DNA of 64,000 nt, taken from assembly GCA_030141605.1 (NCBI GenBank), contig JAQGDQ010002366.1, positions 752,660-816,659 of the forward strand. The letters are read 5' to 3'. The translations under genes and the position numbers were made by a program. This DNA is from Tubiluchus corallicola (Eukaryota > Animalia > Priapulida). This document shows, piece after piece, positions 26,383 through 38,332 of the stretch (positions are counted from its first letter, which is position 1; every line of letters begins with the position of its first letter). Below the pieces are notes generated by a model. It searched no databases. It was not told where the DNA came from and saw nothing but the letters and a program-made list of their open reading frames with translations.

Positions 26383-29300
26383 TTATTCATTTCTATATAT
26401 ATATATATATATATTTATCTTTTGTTTGTTGACTAATAAAAATTGTAATAGTAATTAAGACAAAATCAATCACGTATCTCAAGCATATGATGGAAGATTT
26501 TTACAACCAATGTCAAGCGTCTTAACAGAGACATACACAAACAGCCTCACTTAGCTTGTCACGAGACATGCATAGCCAACCTCAAGTGCCTGGTTGCTAT
26601 GTGATTTGTACTGACTAAACATTACTGTTGTTTTTTGATCATTGGATAATATGTTAACATTAATGTTGATAGGATAAAATCGCATACTTTCAAAGAGCTG
26701 AAGTACACATTTGACATACCAAAGTTACTCACAACTGCTAGTGTTGCTGCAAGAATTCTTTACACAAGCTATGATCATTATTCTCATCTGTCACACAGTT
26801 TTCTGCCAAGGACACAGTTGACTGCTCATACATACGGAGGTAATAACTTCATTAAGTAAAGCACTTAATACTTCAAAGTTCAAATCAGATTTCTAACAAA
26901 GTTTAAATCACAATTAGTCAATGTAATATTTTATTTAAAAGAGAGATAAATTACTAGGTGTTCTCTTCCTCCCCTTACCAACTTTTTCACTATGTAACTC
27001 TGAGAAGCTGTTACCAAATGATCATAGTTTGATCAAAGTTTAACTTCATTCTCGTTTGCTAAATTCTTTAATTATAGACGCAACAGATCGTTCCATTAAA
27101 GCTGAAATTGTAGATGGTGATGTGACTATTGATTCGACTGGAGAAATACAACTAACCACCAGCAACGTGTTTGAAAAAAATGGCGCCAACCCTATGACTG
27201 CTCCTGATCAGAAAAACGACGAAGTTCGCTCAACCCTTTCTGTAATTAATTTTTATTGTTTTCTACAGTAGTTAATAAAATTATAAGACCACTAGTTCCT
27301 CAGATGTTGGTCAGGATAGCTATACCCATCCCTAGTTGTTCTTGATCCAGTAGGCATGGTTAGTCCATTATTGGACTTTTGATGTCAGCACTCACAATGT
27401 GGTCGCACTGGTGTGGTAAAATTTGGCCCATTTTACTATATTTTGCTTTGCCATTTTATGGCATTTTATTTTCTTAGCAATAATTAATATGTGATTTAGA
27501 TGTGAATAATCTAATTTTTTGTAAGAAAATGTGCTTTTCTCAGTAAAATTGAATTCAGGGATACAGTGTTGATGATGTCAGAGTTGTCGAGATGATGACA
27601 TCAATGGATGTGAGGTTACTAGAAATCCTAATGTACAGTTATGATCCGACCATGCCTACTGCCTTTCAGTTGGCCATAGACGAATCAAGAACAATTAAAG
27701 ATATTAATTCCTACCAGCAGTCTGGGGAATAAGTGGCCTTAAGCTTAATAACTGTAATTAACACATTTAACAACACAAAAATGACTCAAGTTTGATTTTT
27801 GTTAGAAATAAAAAAAATCAGCACGACTTAAAAGTAGAAGTTGCTAGACATTAGTTTTGGATATAATTTTAACTTGACTTGTTAAATTGTTTAGCAAATT
27901 ATTTGATTTCTGAAACTTTCATATCGTAATTACAACAGAATTTCTTTTCAGGCTGTTTCGCACATGAGTCAAGTTTCCGATTCTAAGACACCTACAGAGA
28001 AGATGTCTAAATCGTCTGTTTCCAGAAGATCCAAAACGAAAGCGTCTTCAACTTCTGTGTCTAGCAAGGTGCCTAAAGAGAAAAATTCTACAATTTCTGT
28101 ACCCCGAGCTCGCAGAACAAGATCAGCTTCCAGCAGATCTGTATCATCTCCAGGAGATGATGAAAGCAGAGTCAGCTTTGGTGATGATGAACTATTAGTT
28201 ACTAAAAGCTTGGCTCCCACAGTACTTACTGTTGATGGTACGTTGTTTTGGGCTGTTATGATGTAATCTGTTATTTAAATTCTTTTATGCCATAATACAC
28301 GTATAAATGCTCTTGTAATGTTCCATTATCATTTTTCAAGAAGCATCTGAAATATGAGGAGTGGGGGTCTGTTGAATAGGTAAAGGCCAGACCAGAATTA
28401 ATGGCTGAATAGGTATTCGGGAGCTTTCTTAAATTTGATGACCACAGAATGTAATTCACTGATATATGGAGAAACTGTTTGGCGATTGCTTAATTGTCAG
28501 TTTCTATTCTTGTGTTGAATGTCCTGTGTCATTGTTTGGTTGAGTCCTTGTAGTTGGTTGGATGTACATTTTAACTCTCATAAGTCCTACCATTAAAATA
28601 TAAAGTATATATGGAAAAAAGGCTATTTAATAATATGAGGATTATAAAAATATACTTTGTTTTTTTCCCTTTTAGGCTGATGGACACGGAATAGTAATTT
28701 ATGGAAAAATAATAATCTTATTCTGCCTTATTTATTGTTCATTATCTAGAAGAATGTGGTGGTGGTTTTTTGCATCCATTTGAAACCAATCTTCGTGAAT
28801 ATGCAACAGTAGGCGGAGTCGTCACTTTTGAGTTCATTGCATTGCCGCCGCAACCTCAATACGTGAAGAAGTGGACGCTAACGCAAGGTAAATGGGGGAA
28901 TAAATAACAATTACTTAATGCAAATAAAGCACATACTTTATTTTAAAGTATACAATGTGCAATACTTGTTTGAGTTGGGTATAGATATATTGATACTGAT
29001 TAATTTGATTTGTTCATACACACGTATTTTCATGAGTTGCATATTTTCTCGCCGTATTTCAACAACCAACACAACTGAGAGCACGTTGGTTCTTTACATC
29101 CCCTGACTTCCCAGGGCTCCACGTCAGAATTCTGACAATTGGAGCTATAATGTTATAAAGGCAGGTTTTATCTAGAAAAATGATAAGTGTAGATGTTAGG
29201 TGATTGGTGACAATTTTTTTGGACAATGTAATAATCCTGTGCTCAAATATGTATACCCTAGAAATTGCCAAAAATATCAGCACTTGTCGTAGGAAGTTTA

Positions 29301-32300
29301 GATGTGAAAAATGTTTGACATTATTTGACTAGGGGGCACCCCTGGGAAATCCATATTTTGCCAAAGAGAATGACCTTGTGTCAGATGTCAAGACCGATCT
29401 AGATGTCAAAAATGAGAGTCAGAAAACACAGCGTGTTTATGTTTGGATTATCTTTTGTTCATTTACAACCCTAACCCACTTGAGCAAGGCGAGGAATCAC
29501 ATCCCTTTATGCCCTCGGGGTGTCTAGACCATTCAGGCAGTGATACAGACAGTGAGAAGTGTCTCACTAGCTATGCAGTATATCACTCACAAAATTTATA
29601 GAGCATATACTATAAATCAGTGAACTCCATCAAGTCTTTTTCTCTAACATACCGTGTGACCCAAAACAAAATTTAAAAGGGTGGTGGGTTGAAAACCGGA
29701 ATCTGTAATAAGCAACAGATTATATTTTCAGAGTTAAAGAGGGCTAGACAAAGTCTTCAAATTTTTGTAAAATTTTAATAGCCGACTGTCAATCATTCTC
29801 AAAAACAGTACCTAAAATAGGACGACCTCCTCAGTTGCTATATGTCCCAAAAACTTATGCGTGTCGCCAGATGGTTTACACACATCTCGTATTTCGGTAT
29901 GATAAACACGGAGTTAGAAAACACAGCGCCTTTATGTTTACATTATATTTTGTTATACTTGATGATAGGTAGGTAATCCTGTCTAGAGAACTCAACTTAA
30001 TTTGTGGCATTTTGCCTTATTCATACTGGGAGTGAAACAGCTAGATACAGCCTTTCTTTAATTTTTTAAAGCAGCAGGGGATACATGTAATACATTCATT
30101 TCTTTGAATGTTCCTCACCTTGCTGCTGAGTGTATTAGATAGCATCGATGCACTGCTGTAAATCCCCTAACTCTCATGTTTGACATCTTCAGGATGGCTC
30201 TAACTTCCCACTCTAATTCCTTATTCTGACTTGTGTATCAAAAGAGAAACAAGAAAAAGGAGTTCATGAAGTAGGTTTCAGAACAGTCTTGCTTTAAGTT
30301 GCAAGTCACTGTAGTGTGAATATTCCAGAGAAAGCAAACATATTCTTTACAGAATGCCAGCTTTTTAGTATGACTGATGAAGAAAGTACTTTGCAATCAC
30401 CAGTGTGGCTAGCTGTATTGTAGCTGTGATGGTCCCCCATCCAGCAGATTACTGCAACTAATTATTTTTCACTTTAAGTATTAATCTTAACGGTATCACG
30501 AATTGTTTACCTAATGATTGATAATATTGATGTATTGATTTTTATGTTCCAATCTTGTGCTGCCATCTTTAGTCAAGAGTAGCATTATTTTCGATGAAGT
30601 TATCATTAAATGAAGCCTTTTTCTGTTAAGCTACCTTAAATATGTAATTGGGCAGAAGAAGATGAAATTCGTTTCGTTTCAACATGACTTGTATTTTTCA
30701 AGCGAAAATACGTTTAGCAACAATTTTTTCCATGATAATATTATGCCCGTGTTTGAACAAATGTGAAAGCTTCGTCGCTGTACTACTGAGGTCACTTCAC
30801 CCAGAACTCGTTTCTGATTGGTCGGCTAGCTTTTGAGGGCTGGATATTAGACATATTGGCCTACGTGGCGGGGAGAGTAGAATGGCCGTGTTGAAAAATG
30901 GTCTGATATAACTATATCATGGTTTCTTTTACGATGATTGAACAAGAAAATGGATGGTTTGTTCATTACTATGTTCTTTTTATTCATTGGTGAACGCTGT
31001 TCCTCTTTTGTTGGTGAAACCTCGTCAGTTACGCAACTGCTGAGAGACATTTGTTAAATTAGGCATTCGTTACATAGCCTAATCACCTCCTCGTTGGATA
31101 AAGATATTGTCACCTTTGACTTCACGTTCGATGATCTAAATCGCTTCCGTTCTGTGTGGGAACTCGGAGGAGATGATCTTCTCATTATCCGATCTCCAGA
31201 GACTCTACTACGTGTCCGGCCTGTTGGAGGGAAAGCTGTGTAAACCGAATTCTGCTGCATTACCACAACGTGCGTGAGGAAGGACCGGTCTTACCCAAGT
31301 ACTGGAGGAGACCTCGCCTTGTATGCAGGACGTCACGTGAGCGCAAGAAGTATTACAATATTCATATGTTACTATGTTATTTGTCAGCTAAATTAGACTG
31401 ATTCATTGCAGTAACGATGTGGATTTAATTGTTTTACTCAGGTAACGATAATTACTTAATGCCTAATATGGGCACATTATGTTCAAATGTTACATTGGTG
31501 TCAGAAGTTTTACCGAGTTTAATATTAATAGTATATAATTGATATTGCCTTCCTATTAGCACTTAAATGCAGTGGAACTGCTACGTTGGTTGTGAAACTG
31601 TCATAATTTTCAACCTGTTGCATAAATATTAGTAATTTGCTTAAACTGATTAAGCGTCTTGTAAGCTTTTGGTAACTGTGAAAGATATCACGTTAATTCA
31701 CTGGAATTTTCCCAAGAATTTATTCAGTACAGGCTGTATAATCTAATCTGTTTCTCTACACTAGGTATAGCCATTTCTAGGTCAATTTTACCTTGCTCAT
31801 ACGTTAGCTTTGCTGCTTGTTTATAAAATCAAGTTGTGAGAAAAATATTTTGTCCGGGTCGGGCAGATAGCTGGTTCAAGGTCGCCAAAACTTGAACGTG
31901 GTTTCGCAGCAGTTATAACAGCAGCGAAAACGGTTTAATAAGATTATTTTTCCAAACTTGCTTTTAACATTTCGCATAAATTATTTTTGCCCTGCCAAAA
32001 AGTCGGTTGATAGTAGCTAACGCTGATGTGTAAAGTGAGAGTGAGTGAGAGTGGTTAAACATAGATTTACTCCTTACTTTGTGTACCTACTTGGCAGTCT
32101 GTAGTCATCTTGCAAAGTATAAAAATGTCTGATGTTAGATACAAACTTTCAGAGTTAATGACTCTTAATAAAGAGCAGTTGCAGAATATTGTAGCAGAAC
32201 TACATCTCTTAGTCGACCCTACTTCGAGACGGGCTGTTTTAATTACTGCCATTCTCAAGGCCGCGGGTTGCCCTGAAGAGGGAAAACGTGATGAGGGTGC

Positions 32301-35300
32301 AGAACTTGACACTTTCGACGCGGGTATGAATCAGCCTTTACTATGCGCGGAAGCCTCTGACCCGACAGAAGCAGCAAAAACCCCTGATGTCAGTGTGAAA
32401 CCAAAACATATGATAGTTACAGAGCAGTCGCCAACGCCGACTCCTCGTCGTAGGAGAACTACAGAGAGAATGACAGACGTTACTTTAGAGTCTCTTTCTA
32501 CAGTTAACGAAGCTGCTGCTCAAACATTTCTGCAAATTCGACGGTTAGAAGCAGAAACTGAAGCAAAAAAGTTACAATTAGAGCATGAGCGCATTATGGC
32601 CGAGATGGAGTTACGTAAACTTGAATTGACCGCTGCCAGTCCAGTCAGTCAGTCGCCAATGATGTCACAGGCCAGTCCTTTCTATAGTCGTCAAGCGGAC
32701 TCTACCGTTGACAAATTAAAGCTCATGAAAATACGTCCCTTTGATGAAACCAAGGACGATATACAAAAGTTTCTTGATTGGTTTCAAGCTTGTGCTGCTG
32801 CAAACAAGATTGATAGATCAGACTTCGCGGCGTGTATTGGCCCATCTTTGTCTGGCAGAGCAGCAGACGCGTTTCAGCAGATTCCCGAGTCTGAAATGCG
32901 GAACTACACATACGTTCGCAAAGCTTTGCTTGGCGCGTATATTCTAAGCAATGACGTTTACCTGGAGAGATTCCGCGGTACAATAAAGCTTAAGAATGAA
33001 AGTTATCGCCAGCTTTTCAGACGCTTGGATAATAGTTGGCGCGACTATCTTGAAGCCATACAAGCCGAGACTTTTGAGACTGTTAATGAAGCAGTAGTAA
33101 TTGAACAAGCGCTTAGTTTGATGCCACACGATTTGGCCACTTGGTTAAAGACGGATAGCATCAGGACAATTGAGAAGATGGCCCAACGGGCAGATCAATT
33201 TGTCGCAGCGAGACAAATCACTTCCCTTCCTGGGAAAAATGTTTATTCATTTAAAAAGACTGGTAAACCCAATGTTGCCACGTCGCAAGGTGAAGGCGCG
33301 AGCAATACAAATATGAGCCAGAATCTTGCAACCAAAATGCATTGTTACGCTTGTGGAAAGCCTGGTCATAGGCGCAGCGAATGTCGATCGCGTTTGGGAA
33401 CTGAACACGTCATGCGACCTGCTAATGCTGCTGTATTTGGTAAACCTGGCAAACAATTGTTTAGCACACCGGAAATAAAGATGCCAAATAATGATGATGA
33501 TTGGCATCATGTACCTGGCCGAAAACAGCCCGTTGGTTTTACAGCAAAAATTAACGGTTACGTGGTAAAAGGTCAAAGAGACACTGGAGCTGGTGTAAGC
33601 ATGTTACATGCTAAATTCGTTCGCGCTAATCAGTATTTAAATGAACTCCGACACAAGTTCGTATGCGCGTGCGGTGATATGAGGCAAAGTAAATTAGCGA
33701 AGGTTGAAATTATTGGGCCTGGCTTCTCTGGTATTCTGACTGTAAGCGTAAGCGATAATTTACCCGTTGACTTTTTACTTGGAAATAATTACGAGTCAGC
33801 GTTAAAGCCATTCCCGGAGAATGCTGAAAAAGCTTCAAAATTTAATAAAGAAGTGGGTAAATACAGCGTTAAACCAAAGAAGAATGCTGCAAGTAAATCA
33901 CCACCGAAACAAAAGCCTCAATCAGCGACAGATGTGGAGTCAATTTATGCAATAACTCGCTCGCAGGCTGACAAGCTAGAAGCTCAAGTCAAGCAGGACA
34001 CGCTGTTACAACAGCAAGTATTTGATTCGTCAGCATCAAACGATGGATTAGCGGTTAAGGACTCGCCTGCTGAAGATCAGAAACAACTTCTTGACGTCAC
34101 AATTGAACAGATCAGCGAAGAGCAAAAAGTGGATGTCACTATACGAAATATTATTGATAACGCGTGCACAGAAGAAGAGGCATATAAATTAGGCAAAGGG
34201 TACTTTTTGCGCGGAGGTGCGTTATTCTATTTATCTAAAGGAAAACGGCACCAAGCATCTAGGGAGCTGCTTGTACTACCCAAATTTCGCCGCAAGGAAG
34301 TTTTACAACTTGCGCACGGAAGTAAATTAGCCGGACACTTGGGCATAAACAAGACAACTCGGAGAATTCTTCAAGAATATATATGGCCTCGTCTTAAACG
34401 TTCCGTAAGGGAATATTGTCGTTCCTGTCTGACGTGTCAGAAAACAGCGCGTTCACGCAGTGCAGACAGAGCCCCTTTGAAACCGTTACCTATTGTAGAC
34501 ACGGCATTTCGTACCATAGGGATGGACTTAATTGGGCCGCTTGATCGTACACCTTCTGGTAATCGTTGGGCTTTAGTAATAGTGGACCATGCAACACGTT
34601 ATCCGGACGCATATCCGCTAGTAGATATACAGACTGTCACCGTGTTAAATGCACTGTTGAAATTCTGTTGTAGATACGGCATCCCTCGCCAAATATTAAC
34701 GGACTGTGGCACCCAGTTCACTTCAAACTTGACCAAAGAGCTGGAGGATCAGCTCGGTGTCAAAGGTATTTTCACTAGTCCATACTCACCTTCAACGAAT
34801 GGACTCGTCGAGAAATATAATGACACGCTAAAGAAGTCTATTTTACGCCTAACACAAGATTTCTCGTCTCTTCCCTGGGATCTCGCAATTGATTATGTGC
34901 TTTTCTCATACCGTGAAGTTCCACAGGATTCCACAGGGTACAGCCCAAATGAACTTGTCTTTGGCTACCCAGTACGTGGTCCGCTGACCATGCTTAAAGA
35001 GCGATGGGGTTGTTCCAAACCGCCAAGTCTTGAAGATGTCGATGAGTATGTTGCACGAGTTATTAATGCATTAGAGACATCGACAGAAGACGCTCATAAA
35101 TCGCTTCAGGAAGCCAAATTATCCCAGAAACGCTGGTACGACCGGGTGTCAAAAGAAAGAAGTTTCGAGGTTGGCGATAAAGTGATGGTTCAGAGGATGA
35201 GGAAAGGCAAAAAGATGCAACCAGGATGGAGAGGCCCATATCAAATAACAGACAAAGTATCGGATTGGACTTATAAAGTTTGTTTTGGCAAGAAGGGTAG

Positions 35301-38264
35301 ACGGAAGGACACTAGAATTGTTCATATCAATAAGCTTAAGCAATATGTGTACAGAGAGGAGTCCCTGATCCTTAGCAATGAGCTTGGACAATGATGGAAC
35401 AAACTTGAGTGAAGTTCTAGCATATGGCGTTGATGAAGATGTTGAGGAAGATGACATGTATGATTTGGCAATAATAAACCTCGGCAAAGGAATAGTAGAA
35501 CCTGGAGGTCTCCCAGATTATGCTTTTTTGCCAACGGCCATTGCCACACAGTCAGTAAATGATGTCACTTTACCAGACGATCTATCAGAGCAACAACGCA
35601 CAGAACTTCGTTTTTAACAAGTATCCGGAAATGTTTACGGATTTTCCGCCTACGTCCTCAGCAGAAGAAGCTACAACAAATATGTGATTTTCCACGGCCA
35701 CAAACAAAAACTCAAGTACGTAGATTCCTAGGAATGGTGGGCTTCTACAGACGTTTTATCGAGAACTTCAGCACTATCGCTGCACCTCTGTATTCTTTAA
35801 CAGAAAAATATTCCCCCACTCAAGTACCTTGGACAGAAGCTTGTGAGAAGAGCTTTCTTACCCTTCAGAATGCTTTAACTTCTGACAGTGTTCTACATTC
35901 CTCTGATTATTCGAAACCATTTATCCTAACTACAGATGCCAGCTTTGTGGGCATTGGTGGTGTACTCACACAAGATCGTATGAATGGCTTGGGAGAAGTG
36001 CCTATCACATATGTCAGTCGTAGGCTTACACCCACCGAAGTCAGATATTCTGTAGTTGAATGTGAACTTCTGAGTGTTGTATTTTGCATGCAGAAGTTAA
36101 ATTACTATTTAGAAGGCCGCCAGTTTACATTGCGCACTGATCAAAGAAGTTTGCTTGCGCTCAGAAAAATGCTTAAGAATAACAATGTGTTACTGGGCAC
36201 TCATTCTTTCAGAATATTGCTTTACAATTGAGCATATTGCTGGCGCTCAAAACCTTGTTGCTGATGCCTTAAGCCGGAAATAAATATAAAGCGTCAGAGT
36301 ATGAAATGCTCAACAAGTTGTAGTACTTTTTCAGTGCTTAAACAAGTTTTTTTTTGGTGTTATATATCATATATTTGTTTGATGATACATTTGTGGTGTA
36401 TGATGTAATGATCAATTTGCTTCTTTTTATCTTTGTTTTGTCTGAGTTGAAAAATATGTAATAACTCAGTGAGCTACAAAGTCGTTACTTCTATTCATGT
36501 TTGTCATTGCATATGTATGACGTTATCGTATCTTGGCAGTGAAAAATGTTACGTTTCGTAATCATGATCTTGAAATATTTAATATTCTTTAGGGGAAGGC
36601 TCTGTGATGGTCCCCCATCCAGCAGATTACTGCAACTAATTATTTTTCACTTTAAATATTTTTCTTAACGGTATCACGAATTGTTTACCTAATGATTGAT
36701 AATATTGATGTATTGATTTTTATGTTCCAATCTTGTGCTGCCATCTTTAGTCAAGAGTAGCATTATTTTCGATGAAGTTATCATTAAATGAAGCCTTTTT
36801 CTGTTAAGCTACCTTAAATATGTAATTGGGCAGAAGAAGATGAAATTCGTTTCGTTTCAACATGACTTGTATTTTTCAAGCGAAAATACGTTTAGCAACA
36901 ATTTTTTCCATGATAATATTATGCCCGTGTTTGAACAAATGTGAAAGCTTCGTCGCTGTACTACTGAGGTCACTTCACCCAGAACTCGTTTCTGATTGGT
37001 CGGCTAGCTTTCGAGGGCTGGATATTAGACATATTGGCCTACGTGGCGGGGAGAGTAGAATGGCCGTGTTGAAAAATGGTCTGATATAACTATATCATGG
37101 TTTCTTTTACGATGATTGAACAAGAAAATGGATGGTTTGTTCATTACTATGTTCTTTTTATTCATTGGTGAACGCTGTTCCTCTTTTGTTGGTGAAACCT
37201 CGTCAGTTACGCAACTGCTGAGAGACATTTGTTAAATTAGGCATTCGTTACATAGCCTAATCACCTCCTCGTTGGATAAAGATATTGTCACCTTTGACTT
37301 CACGTTCGATGATCTAAATCGCTTCCGTTCTGTGTGGGAACTCGGAGGAGATGATCTTCTCATTATCCGATCTCCAGAGACTCTACTACGTGTCCGGCCT
37401 GTTGGAGGGAAAGCTGTGTAAACCGAATTCTGCTGCATTACCACAACGTGCGTGAGGAAGGACCGGTCCTACCCAAGTACTGGAGGAGACCTCGCCTTGT
37501 ATGCAGGACGTCACGTGAGCGCAAGAAGTATTACAATATTCATATGTTACTATGTTATTTGTCAGCTAAATTAGACTGATTCATTGCAGTAACGATGTGG
37601 ATTTAATTGTTTTACTCAGGTAACGATAATTACTTAATGCCTAATATGGGCACATTATGTTCAAATGTTACAGTAGCATGTCATATTGCTCTAGCCAAGC
37701 GAAAAGTGTGACACATATAAAAGACAAGCTTCTCTTTTTACAAGTACACAACTAAATTAGAAAACTGTTGTGGTCACCTGATGTGATCTAGTGAATTTAT
37801 TGTTGAGCTCAGTTACCAGTGATACAGTTAATGATGTAATGTGAATCTTGTGCATGTCATTAGATGGTTCTCACTTTTTGCAAAGTTGAGCAGGTACAAA
37901 GACTGAGTTTTGTTGAACTTGGCAAACAACAGAAAGGTGGACCCACAGGAGCACTAGGAGGTGACCGTCCCAGTTCAGCAGCTGGAGAAGAAACAAAGAA
38001 GTCGCACAATGTTTCTTTGCAAACTGGTCTTCAACCATTAAATGTTACTTTCAGGTGTGTGTTATATTTCATGCATTCCAACTTATGCTGATTTAAAGGT
38101 TAATAAACTTGTGGCTTTGTTAGTTAGTTGCCAGTTTGTGTCATTATATGTAACAATGTATATTGATCCTTAGGATTATCCGACACATGAATATGATATT
38201 CATTTCAACCGTGACTTTGTTTATTGCAAACTTTACTAGACGATAATATGGCATATGAGAGAGA

Positions 38265-38332
<68 letters not shown>

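Larger units (their letters stand above)
30425..37672 (+). mobile_element. Gypsy/Metaviridae LTR retrotransposon with Gmr1-like domain order (PR-IN-RT-RH), RT core deleted; inserted in a DNAI7 intron
   Basis: Two 1070-bp TG...CA LTRs, 5-bp TSD GTAGC (30420-30424 and 37673-37677), PBS, PPT. Integrase precedes the RT remnant and RNase H; pol ends at ADALSRK* (~36283) with no downstream integrase. Confidence 0.96.

Noticed and set aside
30847-31266. Duplicated small ORFs (also at 37025-37444 and 36862-37089) as accessory or env genes
   Set aside because: They lie in the LTRs, are short and have no recognisable motifs, and one is interrupted by a stop in the 5' LTR copy.
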